A stretch of 64,000 nt of DNA from the NCBI RefSeq assembly GCF_009914755.1, contig NC_060931.1; one strand, 5' to 3'. This DNA comes from the human T2T-CHM13v2.0 reference genome, Homo sapiens. The translations under genes and the position numbers were made by a program. Positions 14,726 through 26,539 of the stretch are shown piece after piece (the stretch's first letter is position 1; every line of letters begins with the position of its first letter). Below the pieces are notes generated by a model. That model searched no databases. It was not told the origin of the DNA and saw only the letters and a program-made list of their open reading frames with translations.

Positions 14726-17700
14726 TTATAGCTTATTAGCTGTGTGATTTGGGGCTCAGAGAGGTTAAAAGAGATAATTTGTATAAACTACCAGACATCT
14801 ATTCTGTATTTGGTGGATATTAGCTTTAATTTGGAAATGCACACTATTTGTATTTTCTCTTCTTTTACATAAATATTATTGATATTTAATCCACAGTTTT
14901 CTGCTGTATTAAGAATACATTTTAGTAGAACCTTGCCAGAGAAGTCTACTTCTTTTACCACTGCAATAAATAAATAAATAAATAAATAGATAGATAATAA
15001 AGCCACACTTGTTTGAAAACTTCAAATTTAATTGGGTTTCCTAGAATTATTTTAAATGCTCTGAAAATTGAAACACATGGTGTGACACCATTCTAAGAAA
15101 ACTATTAAATTAGCGGAAAAGGGATGGTGAAGGAGAGGTGAAAAGGTTAGGAGAAGCACAGATTAAATTTAATGGCTCACAATATTTAATTTTGTTTTGG
15201 ACAAAAACCTAACGGTAATTATGGTTAATTAATAGACACAGATGCCTTCAACATCTTATTTTAATACTTGGCAATAAGATTTCCTGCTTGATTTCTTTTC
15301 ATTGGAAACTGGTTAAATAATACAGATACAGATAATTCTGCTCTAATCAGAAAATGGGTTTTGACTTTGAATCTGATCCATAGTCTGACTCTTTTATAGC
15401 CATCCTGACTTCTAAAGAAACAGATCTCTTTAAAACCAGAAACTGTTAGAATGTAGACATGGTTGACATATTAAAACTCTACATTTGTTTGATCTTACTA
15501 AACAATTTGAGTTTATATCAACAGAAAGAAAGCTCACAGCTGCCACAACAGGCATGTTTACAATCATTTTAATGATACCATTAGATGTTGCTCTTCGGGG
15601 CTTGCTAGTCCAGGCTGTTATACAAAAACCATGTGAGATAAGTTTACCACCTGTGCACAATGGAAATAACCTATTCAGATGAAACATTCTAAACACAGAT
15701 ATAGGATAGAAGTCACCTCATTTCCTATGTTAAAATATTGCCTTTAAAAAAGATGCTTAAGGCAGAGAAATACCTGTCCTCTAAACCTATATAAATACAC
15801 ACACACAATAAACAGAGTTTTCCTAATCACAAAACATTTGAACTTCAATGCCTCTGGAAAAGTTTCTTAGTTGACAGGTGAGTACTTAGCTCATATAAGA
15901 AACATAAGCTTAAGCTTTTGCAAGACATTTACCTGGTTCTTAAGCCGTTTTGGATTCTGATATTCTCGGGGAAGTTGGTAGTTAAGTAACCATAACCATA
16001 ACCTTTTATACTTCTTTTTAAAGAGGGGTGGAAATTGCTGTATGCTTTTTGAAGACTCAAAGAATTATAGGTTAATTCCTCCTGAATGCATACCGTTTTA
16101 AAGCACATGTTCTGTCATTTTTTAGCCTAGGGATTATATGAGTATTCTGTTCATTATACTTAATACCATTATTGAATAAATTCTTTAAAAAATTTTTCAA
16201 TTTTCACTCTCTTGACTTGCATATACTTTCTATATTTCCAGACAACAAGGCTGCTATTACCAGAATTTGTAGTGATATTTTATTCAATTATATATGAATG
16301 TGGAATACAAAGGAAAACTGATTATACTTTTTTTACATGTTTTCTATGTGCCAGGAATTATACTTAGCCCTAGGAACAGAATTATAAATAATAGAAGCAC
16401 AAATATGTTTTTAGTAATTTGTAGGTTATTAGAGGAGATATGGTATTTAAGGGACCTTCAGTTTCTTAAAACAAGCCCCGCAGCATTTCTCCTGAAATGT
16501 TGTATGATTCTAGGAAAAATTCCTGATTTCCTTAGCTGTTCTCAAGAGCTGTGTAGAAACAAAGCTTCGTTAGTATGATTCTAAGTGATTATAAACAAAA
16601 GTATGACATTTAATTGGAATACTTGCTTACTGTAATGATTATATGTAGCAATCTAGAGTATCAAAATCAAAAGCTGTCCTTGATTATTATAAAGGAACAA
16701 ATTACCATAAGCAAATTACAAAAAGGAGACCTTATGAGGGGGAAAATAAGTAAAAGGGCCTTATTTCTATGCCTCAGGTTGTAAAAATTTGAAATACTTG
16801 TAGGAGAGTTCTTTGCAAGGAAAGCTTTTTCTGTCAGACACAAAATCAAATGAAGAAAAGCATGGTGGGAATTTTCTGGATTAGATAAAAATGGAGTCAA
16901 AGTTTATTTAAGCTTTGACCTTCTAGATATATTGGAGTCATCCCACTCATGAAAAATTGCTAAAGTGAATCTACTCTTTCTATGCTTCTCCCCATGTCAA
17001 CGTGATGTGATCTCTGATTTCTCTATCAACTATTTACAGGAAGGAAGATTATTTTGTGAGTCTGAAGTATGTAATGATGCACCCTGAGAGTGCATTTGGC
17101 TTTCCTATCTATACGGCTTTTATGGTTTCATTTCCCCTTTTTGATTTTCAAGTATGTAATTGCGTAACTCAACAGTATACACCTGGTTTCTGAGTAGTGT
17201 AGTCCACGCTGGTAGGGAAACAATTCACAAATTTCTAAAGTCTTGGTAACATTAATATGTCAAATTTAAAAAACCTGTACAGAGATCCTAAACATACCTG
17301 CTAAATACAGATTGGAGATATCCTTCCTATATACAATACAGGATTCATTGTTTTAATTAAGTAATTATAGTTAGAAGCTTTAAAGTAGCCATTGTAGGGA
17401 AAGACATTAATTACGTACTTGAATGAAAATGTATTTCACTTATATTCCAGCTGCCATACACCAACAACAATTTTCTTTAAAAAGTTTATAAAATTATACA
17501 GGACTAGAATGAAGGAGTGTTTACGTTTTAAACTGAACAGATAAAATTGTAATCATCTAAAACTTTTTTTAAACCAAAATTAGACAGAGAGAAAGAGACA
17601 GATAAGTGATAGCCTGCAAAATATTTAAAATATATTCAAGGACACTCAAAACTTTATATATTTGGACATTGCCTATGCAAGCTTAGTTGAAAAGAAAGCT

Positions 17701-18025
17701 ATCTAATTTCTTAACACTTTTGACAGTCTTGTTTCCACATGGTGACATATTAAACTCGGTTTGTTATGATTATTTTTTACCAAAATAACAGCCACAAGTA
17801 TCCTCTGCATAAAGTAAAAACTAAATAAATATACAATAAATACATGATTGTGTTTTGGGACACTTTATATTCATAAACCAAGTGCAACCACTGGTTGCCT
17901 TGAATGTTCCATTAAGACTTGTAAAATTTCTTTCAAATCCCAATGCCGTTATGGTAGGAACACTCCTGCACATCTGGCAGTGCAAGATTTTTTTTTTTAA
18001 TTGAAAAAGCTTGTGATATTCAAGA

Positions 18026-18063
<38 letters not shown>
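18026..18063. repeat. (ATT)n trinucleotide microsatellite, ~12 units
   Basis: Direct reading. Confidence 0.95.
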
Positions 18064-18064
<1 letters not shown>

Positions 18065-19354
18065 GCAGCTGGGAACCATTGCTGGGTCAATTTCAATGTC
18101 TTTTAGAATATTAACCCCTTTACTATGATAAATAAAAAATATTTCTGGTCATAAATATAATTTGTGAGAACATTATCTAGATTTTCTTTTGTTTTCTGTT
18201 TTTTCCCTGAAGTGCTACTGTGCTACTTGATTCAGTGTATATGGTAATTTTAATGTCACACTTGTCAGTCTAATACAGTCATAAAATCATGCGTAAGATT
18301 CTCAAGCCCTCAATAAGTGACAATAAGTACTGTGAACTGAACAACTGAATTGGATTGATACACATACCTCTAAATGTAGTAGTGCTGATAACAGGATAAA
18401 AAGAAGCAAGAAACCAACTATTCTTGCCTTCCAGAGACTCTTATTAAGATTTAGTGAAATATTTTCTCGAACTGTTAACTGAATCATTTTGGGATATAGA
18501 TAATGTGCTAAAAATAGAGGCTGAACTGCTGGTGAATGAGGAGTTAAAAATCAGAATGGTGGCCTGTGTTTGGTTACTTTTTGAGGCTTTCAGGGTCAAT
18601 AGTTAAAAGAGAATCATAAAGTTAGACCCGAAATGGTCAGTTTGAAAGCAAAGAGAAAAGTACATATGGTTTTGTTAACACAGGCCCTCTCTGCCTGTAG
18701 CTTGCAATCCAGGGTTACTAAGGGTCCACCTTCAAAACTTAGAGCTTGGCAGGGTTAGAAAAGTCAACTGTTTGTTTGCGAAGTTGAAGCTTGTATAAAT
18801 GCTGGCATGGAAACATCAGCCTTATTAGGAGGATTCAAGTGACGTGAACTCCTCAGCACCTTTCATAGGACAAACCTTCTAGCAAAGACTCAATTATAAG
18901 CCATGCCTACATATCCTAGCTTAAATATGTGTCAGCAATTGATGTTGGCTATAGATACAAGAGTACAAAATTGATTAAAGGCAAATAGACAAGAACCTAG
19001 TAAAATCTGAGGGAAATACACTAGCAACAAAATGCTAAATCTGGCTAGGAAACATATGTGGAAATCCCTGAGCCTCCATGCTTGCATCAATGTGAAGAGG
19101 GATGCTAACACGGTGGATCCTATGGAAGAAGTCTCTTCCCCAGTAACCAGTTTAGATGTGGATGGGAAGGAAAATAGATAGAAAAATACCTCCCTCAGTG
19201 ATAGAAGTAAATATTTTGGAACAGCAGGAACAGACAGATTGCCTACTCTGGAAATGTACTTCACTTCCAGGACAGGATTTTCTGCTGTTATTATCTAGCA
19301 GGGTAAGATATGTGCTCTTAATAGCATTTATTGTGTGTTTGCAATGATTCACTT

Positions 19355-21247
19355 GAAAAACATTTTAAAAAATTATCCATTGACAGGCCAGGCATGGTGG
19401 CTCACACCTGTGATCTTAGCACTTTGGGAGGTCAAGGTGGGAAGATTGCTGAGTCCAGGAGTTCAAGACCAGCTTGAGCAACATGGCAAAACTGCCTTCT
19501 CTACAAAAAAATACAAACGTTAGCTGGGTGTGATGGTGTATGCCTGTAGTCCCAGCTACTTGGGAGGCTGAGGTGGGAGGATCACCTGAGCCTGGGAGGT
19601 AGCCATGATAGTGCCAATATACTCCAGCCTGAGAAACAGAGTGAGACCCTGTCTCAAAAAAAAAAAATCTATTGAAAAATTTTAGTTTTATATATTTATC
19701 GAGTATAAAGTAATCTTATAATTTTTGAATACAATGTGGCATTATTAAATCAAGCTAACCTTTCCATCACCCCAAATATTTGATGTTTTTGCGATGAGAA
19801 CATTTGAAATTTACTCTTTTAGTGATATTGAAATGTACAATATTAAGTTATTAGAGGTATTCGTCATGCTGTGTAATAGACCTAAAACAAACAAATTTAT
19901 TCTAATTGATGTTTTACACCTTTGATTATCATCTCCCTATTATTTCCACCCCACCAATCTCTCCTTTCATGAATTTAATTATTTGGATTCCACATATAAG
20001 TGAGAAACTTGTGATATTTGTCTTCTTGTTTGGCTTATTTCACTTAGTATAATGTTCTGCAATTCTATTCATGTTGTTGCAAATGATAAGGTATCTTCCT
20101 TGTTTTAGGCTGAATAGTATTCCATTGGGGATATATACCACATTTTCTTTATCTCTTCACCTAGTGATGGTCATCTAGATTGATTCCATACCTTGGCTAT
20201 TGTGAATAGTGCTGCAATAAACATGGATGTGCAAACATCTATTAGACATACTGATTTTACATCTTTTGGGTGAAAACGCAGAAGTGGCATTGCCGGTAAT
20301 TGAATTTTTAGTGCTTTTTGGCAACCTTCATACAATTTTCCATAATGCTTTTCCTAATTTACTTTCTCATCAACAGCATCCACATCCTGCTGACACTTAT
20401 TAACATTCATCTTTTTAATAATAACCATTTTAACAGATGTGAGGTGTTAAATCTTTGTGGTTTCAATTTGCATCTTTTTAATGATTAGGTATGTCAAACA
20501 ACTTTTCTTGAATCTGTTAGCCATTTGCATGTCTTCTTTTGAGAAATGTCTATGTAGGTCCTTTATTCATTTCTTAATCAGATTATTTGTTTTCAGTCTA
20601 TAGAGTTGTTTGAGCTCCTTATATATTTTGGATACTAATTCCTTATCAGATGTATGACTTGCCAATATTTTCTACCAATCCTTAGGTTGTCTCTTCAACA
20701 TTGTTAGTTGTTTCCTTTGCTATGCAGAATCATTTTATTTGGATATAATCGCATTTGTCTATTTTTGCTTTTGTTGCCTATGCTTTGGGGGTCAAATCTA
20801 AAAACTCATTGCTCAGAGCATTATTGTATAGTTTTTGCCCCTATGTTTTCTTCTAGACATTTTTAAGTTTCATGTTTTATGTTTAAGTATTTAATCAATT
20901 TTGAGTGGATTTGTGTATATGGTGTGAGATAAGGGTCCAATTTCATTCCTTTGCATAAGGATATCCAGTTTGCCCAATACCATTTATTGAAGAGTCTTTT
21001 TTCCATTGTTTATTCTTGGGAACTTTGTTGAAAATCAATTGACTATAAATGTGTGGAATCCCAAAAATCTGTAATAGCCAAAGCAATCATGAGCAAAAAG
21101 AACAAAGCCGGAGGCATCACACTACCTGATTTCAAACTATAGTGCAAAGCAATAGTAATTACAATAGCATGGTACTAGCATAAAAGTAGACACATTGGGT
21201 AATGGAACAGAATACAGAGCACAGAAATGAACCCATGCATCTATGAT
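19355..21247 (-). mobile_element. L1MA-type LINE-1 with 5' inversion (minus to ~21055, plus ~21055-21247)
   Basis: Antisense 3'UTR/ORF2 switches to sense ORF2 (aacaaagccggaggcatcac) at gtgtggaatc; TSD caat(g/c)attcactt at 19342-19354 and 21248-21260. Confidence 0.85.
19386..19667 (+). mobile_element. AluJ element nested in the L1 tail
   Basis: AluJ-type gattgctgagtccaggagttc and gaggatcacctgagcctggg; small deletion in right arm; TSD-like atc(c/t)attga. Confidence 0.9.
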
Positions 21248-21534
21248 CAATCATTCACTTTTAAAATTACAAATTAAGTTATGGTGTTTCTTCTCCATGA
21301 TTGTATTAGTTGTGCTGTTCAAGGCAAATGTTTTCTGTTTTAACCATAAATCTCTAAAACATGAGTTGTCATGCCTGTTTTATCAGAGAGTAATACATGC
21401 TATTTAGATAATCTTAGAAAGGGTGCCATATTTGATAAACAGATGAGCCCTTGGGGTGGTCCCCCTTGGTAAAGAGGTGTGTATCTTCCATGAAAAATGA
21501 GTAAGGTTGTTGAAGAACCAATGGTGGAACTACT

Positions 21535-21990
21535 GTAGGTACCATTAGTTAGTTTTCCACAATTCATTCCTAACTTTCTTGCCCCAAGACAATTTACAGA
21601 ACAGCTCATTTTGTAGTCTCTCTTGAAGCTAGAAATTGTCATGTTGCCCAATTCTGGCCAAAGTAATCAAAGAAGAATTTTGCTGAGGACTTGTTCAAAT
21701 ATAATTTGCTGAGAAGAAATAAGCACAAGAAAAGAGCTGGCTGGTGTCACTTTTTCTCTTGGATTTCTGCCTTAAAAATGTGATTTCTACAGCTATGGAA
21801 ACTATTTATCACAATATGCAAGAAGGATTAGGAAAAACAGCAGATAAAGAATTAGAAATAAAATAGGTATGCTTGTAGTTTTAATTGCTGGATTATCCAT
21901 AAAACAATCATCCTTTTGCTGCCTTTTAAGATAAACAATAAATAACATTATAGTGAAAATTTGTTACTTGCAGTTTAAAGTATTTTTAAC
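21535..21990 (+). mobile_element. Old MLT1-type LTR, degenerate
   Basis: cagctcattttgtagtctctcttgaagctag..ccaattctggccaaag..tgttacttgcagtt pattern. Confidence 0.4.
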
Positions 21991-23190
21991 TTCTATGTGT
22001 TGATTGACCATTAATTAATAAACTTTACCTCAGTGCACACCATATGATTTAGAAACTAAGAACTTGCAGACTGTCATGTTGGGAGAGATTTTTATGTAGA
22101 ATCAATGAGTCATAGCATTCTGTGCATTGTTTGCTAGTCTTTAAAGAATAGCTCAGGTAAAACTGGGATGTGATTTGTAAAGTACAATTTCTAGAATCCC
22201 AGCTGTCTATAGAAGATGGAGGCTCATTTCATATATCTAAACATTAAGTTGCCTTCTGCAACAGTTCTAGCAAAGGGCCCAGTATCAGTATGAGAGTCAT
22301 AGTTGATGGCTGATTGGAACAACAAATAAATGTTTTAAAACTAAAACCTACAGATTTAATAGATGAAAAGCAATATTCATATACAAGAACATAAGAAAGC
22401 ATATGTTATTGAAGTTTTGAAAATGATACGAATAGAATTTTCATTGCCAGCAATTAGTAGAAAAAACTGAAATGGATCTTCTGATGAAATACTAATAAAA
22501 GAGCTACATAAAATGTAACAAATATATTTTTAAATGCCTTTCTGAAGTGGAAATAAATTAAAGCATTCACAAAGGTTAGAAACAGTGAAAGTGCAATCTA
22601 GGAATGAGGTGTACTCAAAAGTTAACTTTTACCCTTTGTTAAGGCACCAAGCCCATGGGATCTTAAGTTTCCATTGTGATGGCTATTCGGAGTATAGAAG
22701 ACATAAGATAAAGCCTTGGACATGCTTAAAGTAAGGGATAAGATAGGAGATTGGTCTATAAAGCTGAGTTTCCAAAAGATTACACCTAAAATAAACCCAC
22801 AGCAGAAGGAATGGTAAATAAAATTTCTTATGTCACTAGTATTGTATGAGGAGGAAAAAATTATCCTTTGAGAATTTATTACCGTAACATAGTTTTCACA
22901 TAGACTTGATCCTCAGCTTTATAGAACTCATTTGGTGGGAGCCCCCAGGCAACTAACTAAACTAACCAAATAACTAAATGCAAAATCTACACTAAAAACT
23001 GTTAACTGCAATTCAGAATTCTTATGCATAGATACAAATCAAGAAACCCATAGGAAAAAAAAAAAAGTACCATGAGTGAAAACTAGCAGAAGTATACTTT
23101 CAGAAACATCATATATTAACTATCTTAGAAAATAATTTAAATAAACATGTTGTTTATATTTCAGGAAGGTTTAAACATTTGAATGAGGAT

Positions 23191-23582
23191 TGATATGGTT
23201 TGGTTCTGTGTCCCCACCCAAATCTCACCTTGAATTGAAATAATCCCCACATGTCAAGGGGGGGACCAGGTGGAGATAATTGAATCATGGGGGGAGATAA
23301 TTGAATCATGGGGGTGGTTTCCCCCATGCTCTTCTCAAGATAGTGTGTGGGTTCTAATGAGTTCTGATGGTTTTATAGAGGGCCTTTTTCCCTGTTTGCT
23401 CGGCACTTCTTCCTGCTGCCCTTTGAAGAAGGTGCCTTTCTTCCCTTTCACCTTCTGCCATGATTGTAAGTTTCCTGAGGCCTTCTCAGCCATGCAGTAC
23501 TGTGAGTCAATTAAACCTCTTTTCTTTATATGTTACCCAGTCTTGATATTTCTTCATAGCAGCATGAGAACAGACTAATACA
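23191..23582 (+). mobile_element. THE1 (THE1C/D-like) solo LTR with internal 21-bp tandem duplication
   Basis: tgatatggtttgg...gactaataca termini; 5-bp TSD aggat (23186-23190, 23583-23587); ATTAAA poly(A) signal. Confidence 0.95.
23277..23308 (+). promoter_or_regulatory. Two DUX4-type motifs TAATTGAATCA, 21 bp apart
   Basis: Motif at 23277-23287 and 23298-23308 matches the DUX4 consensus TAAYYBAATCA; binding itself is inferred. Confidence 0.6.
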
Positions 23583-25094
23583 AGGATCAAGAAAGGTAAA
23601 AAATGTATGTACAGATTTAGAAAGAAATCTAGTGGAAGTTTTAGGAACGGAATTAGTACCTGAAGGAAACAATTCATTGCATTAAAGCAGAATCAAGAAC
23701 TGGAAGACACACTAAAGAAAATATTCAGGAGATAATTCACAAATAGTTAAAAATATCAAATACTGGTTATAAGACATAGAAAGTGAATTAAGGAAGGCTG
23801 AATTAAGTGTAATTAAAATTTTAAAAAGAAAGACTAGCAGGAATAGGTGAAAGGCAATAATTGAAAACTAAATATACTTATGAATTTTGAGATATAATTA
23901 TGAATTATGAAATTGTGAATATAATATACAGAATAAATGTAAAACAGTCAACATTTTATCCTGGAAAAAGATCAAGAAATCAGCAACAGGGTCAATACAA
24001 ATAAATTCTGAACAAAATATATTATAATATTATAATATGCAATATAATAATAGTACTATAATAGTAACTATAGTCGTATAGTAATGTAAAAAGGTAATAA
24101 AGCCTCAGTGACAAAGAGAATGTTTTAGAAGTGGCAAGAAAAGATAGATCTTTTGTAATGAAATGACAATAGGCTGGTATCTCAGCAGCAACAACGGAAG
24201 ATAGAAGGCACTGTAATAATAAGTTCAATATATTGAAAGAAAATACCTTATAAATTTATAATTTCATGTAAGAACTACTATCTTTCAATAACCAAGTTGA
24301 AAGAAAATATTTGTTTTCAGGCAAAAGAACAAAAATGTAAAGAAACTGACTTCCAACTGACCCATTGAACAAACCTCCAAAGATAGTAATAGCTGTAGTT
24401 GGAAAACAATTTCTGCTTGAAGCTTTAACATATAAGTAGATAAGAAAAATAATGTTTTTTTCTAACTGTATAATATTTATTTTACTTTCTTATCTCAAAA
24501 AAATCACCTAGGACCCATACTCTCATCCTCAGTTTCCTTATCAAGGCAGTATTTACTTCATTAGGTTTATAATATGGATAAATTCTTAGCAAGAAAAATG
24601 GTAGATAATAAACAATTGGCATATGTTACACATAATTCTGATGATGTCTTTGTATCAATATCCAATGTAAGCTAACAAAGGTATGTGTTTATTTTTGTTC
24701 TGTACCAATCAGAACATAAATGGCAACATGACAATTTATGGCAAAGAAAGCACAAAAATAAAATCTTGATTTACATTTCCATGTTTATAATGAAAGTTGT
24801 GAAAGGCATACAAAATCACAATGTTGAAAATTCGGAATTTCAAAAACCTAAGGCTATTGTGTATGCTTATGATATCAAATAATAATCTACTTTATCATGT
24901 CTATGACTTTAATTGTCTGGTTCTGATTAAAATTGTGATCTCTAGAGAAAAGTATGTGAAAAGTAGCTGTCAACTGCTCAATAAACATTTACTAAAAATT
25001 TATTTTACTTAAAATTATCTTTTGGTGGATAATTGTGAACATTTAATGTTTCTCAAATCTATGCATTGCCAAAACAAAGCAAAACAAAAACCAA

Positions 25095-25250
25095 AATATA
25101 TATGTAATAAGCATTATATATATAAAATATATAATATATATTTTACATATATAACGTATACATAATATGTATTATATATAACATGTATACAATACATGTT
25201 ATATATATTACATATATTACATATAACATATATACACATAGTGTGCATAG
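25095..25250. repeat. AT-rich low-complexity (TA/CATA) tract
   Basis: Direct reading. Confidence 0.8.
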
Positions 25251-26195
25251 TATAATTTTTTTAACTTTTAAGCTCAGAAGTACAAGTGCAGGTTTGTTAA
25301 CCTAGGTAAACTTGTATTGTGGGAGTTTTTACAATTCCTAGCATTTCTGTGAAAATACGTTGTGAATTTTGCCAACGTAATCTCCACGAATTTCTTCCCT
25401 TTTTACAGATACATAGGGACAGGTAACTTTGAACACTTAATGTGGCACCATGAAGAGGAGTCAGACAAAACCTTCTAGGTAAGTAGTTTTGAAAAGTTTA
25501 GTCTACCTATATGGACTTTAGTTTCCTTATATGTTTTGACATATTAGAATGATATGCCATTTCTGGGAGAGTGACAAATAGGCCATGGGGTTTTATGATA
25601 ATTAAATAAGATAAATCATGCAAAGTGTATAAAAATGGGCATGACACATAGTAAACCAAAATATTACTTCCTCTTTGCACCTGTATGCCATGCATTGTGC
25701 TAGATGATTTATTTCTTATTTGATTTGCTTTTTCTAATGACCAGAGAAGTCTGATTTTAAAGAGTGAAGATAAGCAAATTAACCAAACAACCAAAACACA
25801 TTTTGATTGACATGCCTTTTTCAATGCAATTTCCTCAACTTTCAAATATAAATATTCTAACTGCTTCCTCATTCTCCTATCCAACAGGTCTTTTAAGACA
25901 CCAGAACTAATTTTCATTCCACCTCTCATTATTGAAACTAATAGTAGCTACAATTTATTGTGTGTATGCAATTTCTCAGAACCTATATGAGGAGCTTTAT
26001 ACCATTTAATTTAACATAAATGTCTGGTGCTTTTTCTTAGTTTTTGTCCTGATTAATATTATTGTAGCACGTGACATTCATGACAATTTGTGTCTTAGAA
26101 TAGTGTTTTTCCTGATTCAGAGGTATTGCACACTTCAAACACATCACCCTCCTTTCGCAGTTCCTGACTGAAGCCGTTAAAAATCAAACTTAAGG

Positions 26196-26539
26196 TCTAG
26201 TAATCCTAGTATTTGGGAAGCTGAGGCAGAAGGACTGCTTGAGACCAGGAATTTGACACTAGTCTGGGCAGTATAGCAAGACTCTGTCTCTACAATTTTT
26301 TTTCTTTTTTTTGCAGCATAGCAAAACTCTGTCTCTATATAATTTTTTTTGTTTTAATTAGCCAAACCTGGTGGCATGTGCCTGTAGTCTTAGCTACTCA
26401 GGAGGCTGAGGAAGGAGGATCACTAGAGCCCAGGAGTTTAAGGCTGCAAAGAGGTATGATTGTGCCACTGAACTCCAGCCTGGGCAACAGAGTGAGACTG
26501 TTTCTTAAAAAAATAAAATAAAATAACTAAATTAAAATT
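26196..26539 (+). mobile_element. AluJ element, 5'-truncated, with duplicated T-rich linker
   Basis: Alu left and right arms present; gcag(t/c)atagcaa(g/a)actctgtctcta occurs twice (26268, 26313). Confidence 0.9.

Larger units (their letters stand above)
22430..24420 (+). mobile_element. Very old L1M 5'/ORF1 remnant, interrupted by THE1
   Basis: A-rich ORF1-like text (gagaatgttttagaagtggcaagaaaag, ctcagcagcaacaacggaagatagaaggc..tattgaaagaaaat); boundaries approximate. Confidence 0.45.

Noticed and set aside
15929-16108. ~59-codon minus-strand ORF containing GYGYGY (statherin-like words)
   Set aside because: The motif comes from a cataac repeat; there is no signal peptide or other SCPP-like feature
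17821-18096. ORF with a poly-Ile run suggesting a membrane peptide
   Set aside because: Artefact of the (ATT)n microsatellite
24015-24090. AT-rich quasi-palindromic stretch inside the old L1M
   Set aside because: Low complexity; no donor or clear junction could be defined
25507-25929. 140-aa minus-strand ORF in non-repeat sequence
   Set aside because: No recognisable domain or splice/promoter context; compatible with chance
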